Shown here: one piece after another, positions 63,236-64,000 of the stretch | Numbering within the stretch: position 1 is the first letter of the stretch | How the letters are laid out: every line of letters starts with the position of its first letter | From: Octopus sinensis | Lineage: Eukaryota | DNA: 64,000 nucleotides | Direction: 5' to 3' | Assembly: GCF_006345805.1 (NCBI RefSeq) | Contig: NW_021833930.1 | Location: 1 to 64,000, forward strand | Made by a program: the position numbers and the translations under genes | The notes under the pieces: model-generated | Told to the model about the DNA's origin: nothing | The model's input: the letters and a program-made list of their open reading frames with translations, nothing else | The model's database searches: none

Positions 63236-63800
63236 CGGTGTGGTAAGTAGCTTGCTTACCAACTACATGGTTCCGGGTTCAGTCCCACTGCGTGGTACCT
63301 TGGGCAAGTGTCTTCTACCATAGTCTCGGGCCAACCAAAGCCTTGTGAGTGGATTTGGTTGATGGAAACTGAAAGAAGCCCGTTGTATATATGTATATGT
63401 ATATATGTGTGTGTGTGTTTGTGTGTCTGTGTTTGTCCCCCCCCCCGCCAAACATTACTGGAGCACTGCGAACATCGCTTGACAACTGATGTTGGTGTGT
63501 TTATATCCCTGAACATCGCTTGACAACCGATGCTTGGTAGACGGAAACTGAAAGAAGCCGGTCATATATATATATATGTGTGTCTGTGTTTGTATCCCTG
63601 CCAACATCGCTTGATAATAGATGCTGGTGTGTTTACGTCCCCGTAACTTAGCAGTTCGGCAAAAAGAGACCGATAGAATAATTACTAGGCTTACAAAGTA
63701 CTAGGCTTACAAAGAATAAGTCCTGGGGTCAATTTGCTCGACTAAAGACAGTGCTCGAGCATGACCACAGTCAAATGACTGAAACAAGTAAAAGAGAATA
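63236..63800 (+). mobile_element. SINE family B with an internal duplication
   Basis: Head at 63236; central segment repeated at about 63535; AAAAGAG tail. Confidence 0.85.
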
Positions 63801-64000
63801 AAAGGGGGCTCACAAATCTTTTAGGTGCTTAAGGCTTCGATGGGTCTTAATCCAGCCCTGCTATCATCCTCTACACACACACACACACAACATAACTACA
63901 CCAGTGTAGTCTTCTCTGTTGTACACTCATGTACATTATGTTTGATCCCTCAAAGGTGGCGAGCTGGCAGAATCGTTAGCACGCCGGGCGAAATGCTTAT

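Overview
This is a repeat-dense, non-coding eukaryotic window. Its SINE families and microsatellite load are most consistent with an Octopus (coleoid cephalopod) genome; that assignment is recognition from memory, not a database result. The window opens exactly on GTGAGT, a 5' splice-donor consensus, so it may be the first 64 kb of a very long + strand intron. I see no intact protein-coding gene, and nearly all ORF-track entries are microsatellite or SINE artefacts. Supported content: dozens of tRNA-derived SINEs (several with clear target-site duplications, TSDs), 3' fragments of CR1/L2-type and RTE-BovB LINEs, deleted mariner and DD37D (maT) transposons, pogo/Tc2-type and 8-bp-TSD MITEs, Helitron and Helentron non-autonomous elements, a 5S rRNA pseudogene, a 650-670 bp triplication and several fold-back palindromes. 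The most notable hidden signal is a set of minimal type I hammerhead ribozyme motifs from three sequence families, of the kind carried by Penelope-like elements. One sits in a composite element at 57839-58421: an inverted copy of its own 3' end, a tRNA-like Pol III head, a trinucleotide spacer and a hammerhead tail, all within one 10-bp TSD. It looks like a Penelope-mobilised SINE. Also notable are a perfect 191-bp-arm palindrome and a 10-copy array of overlapping kB/STAT/ETS motifs.
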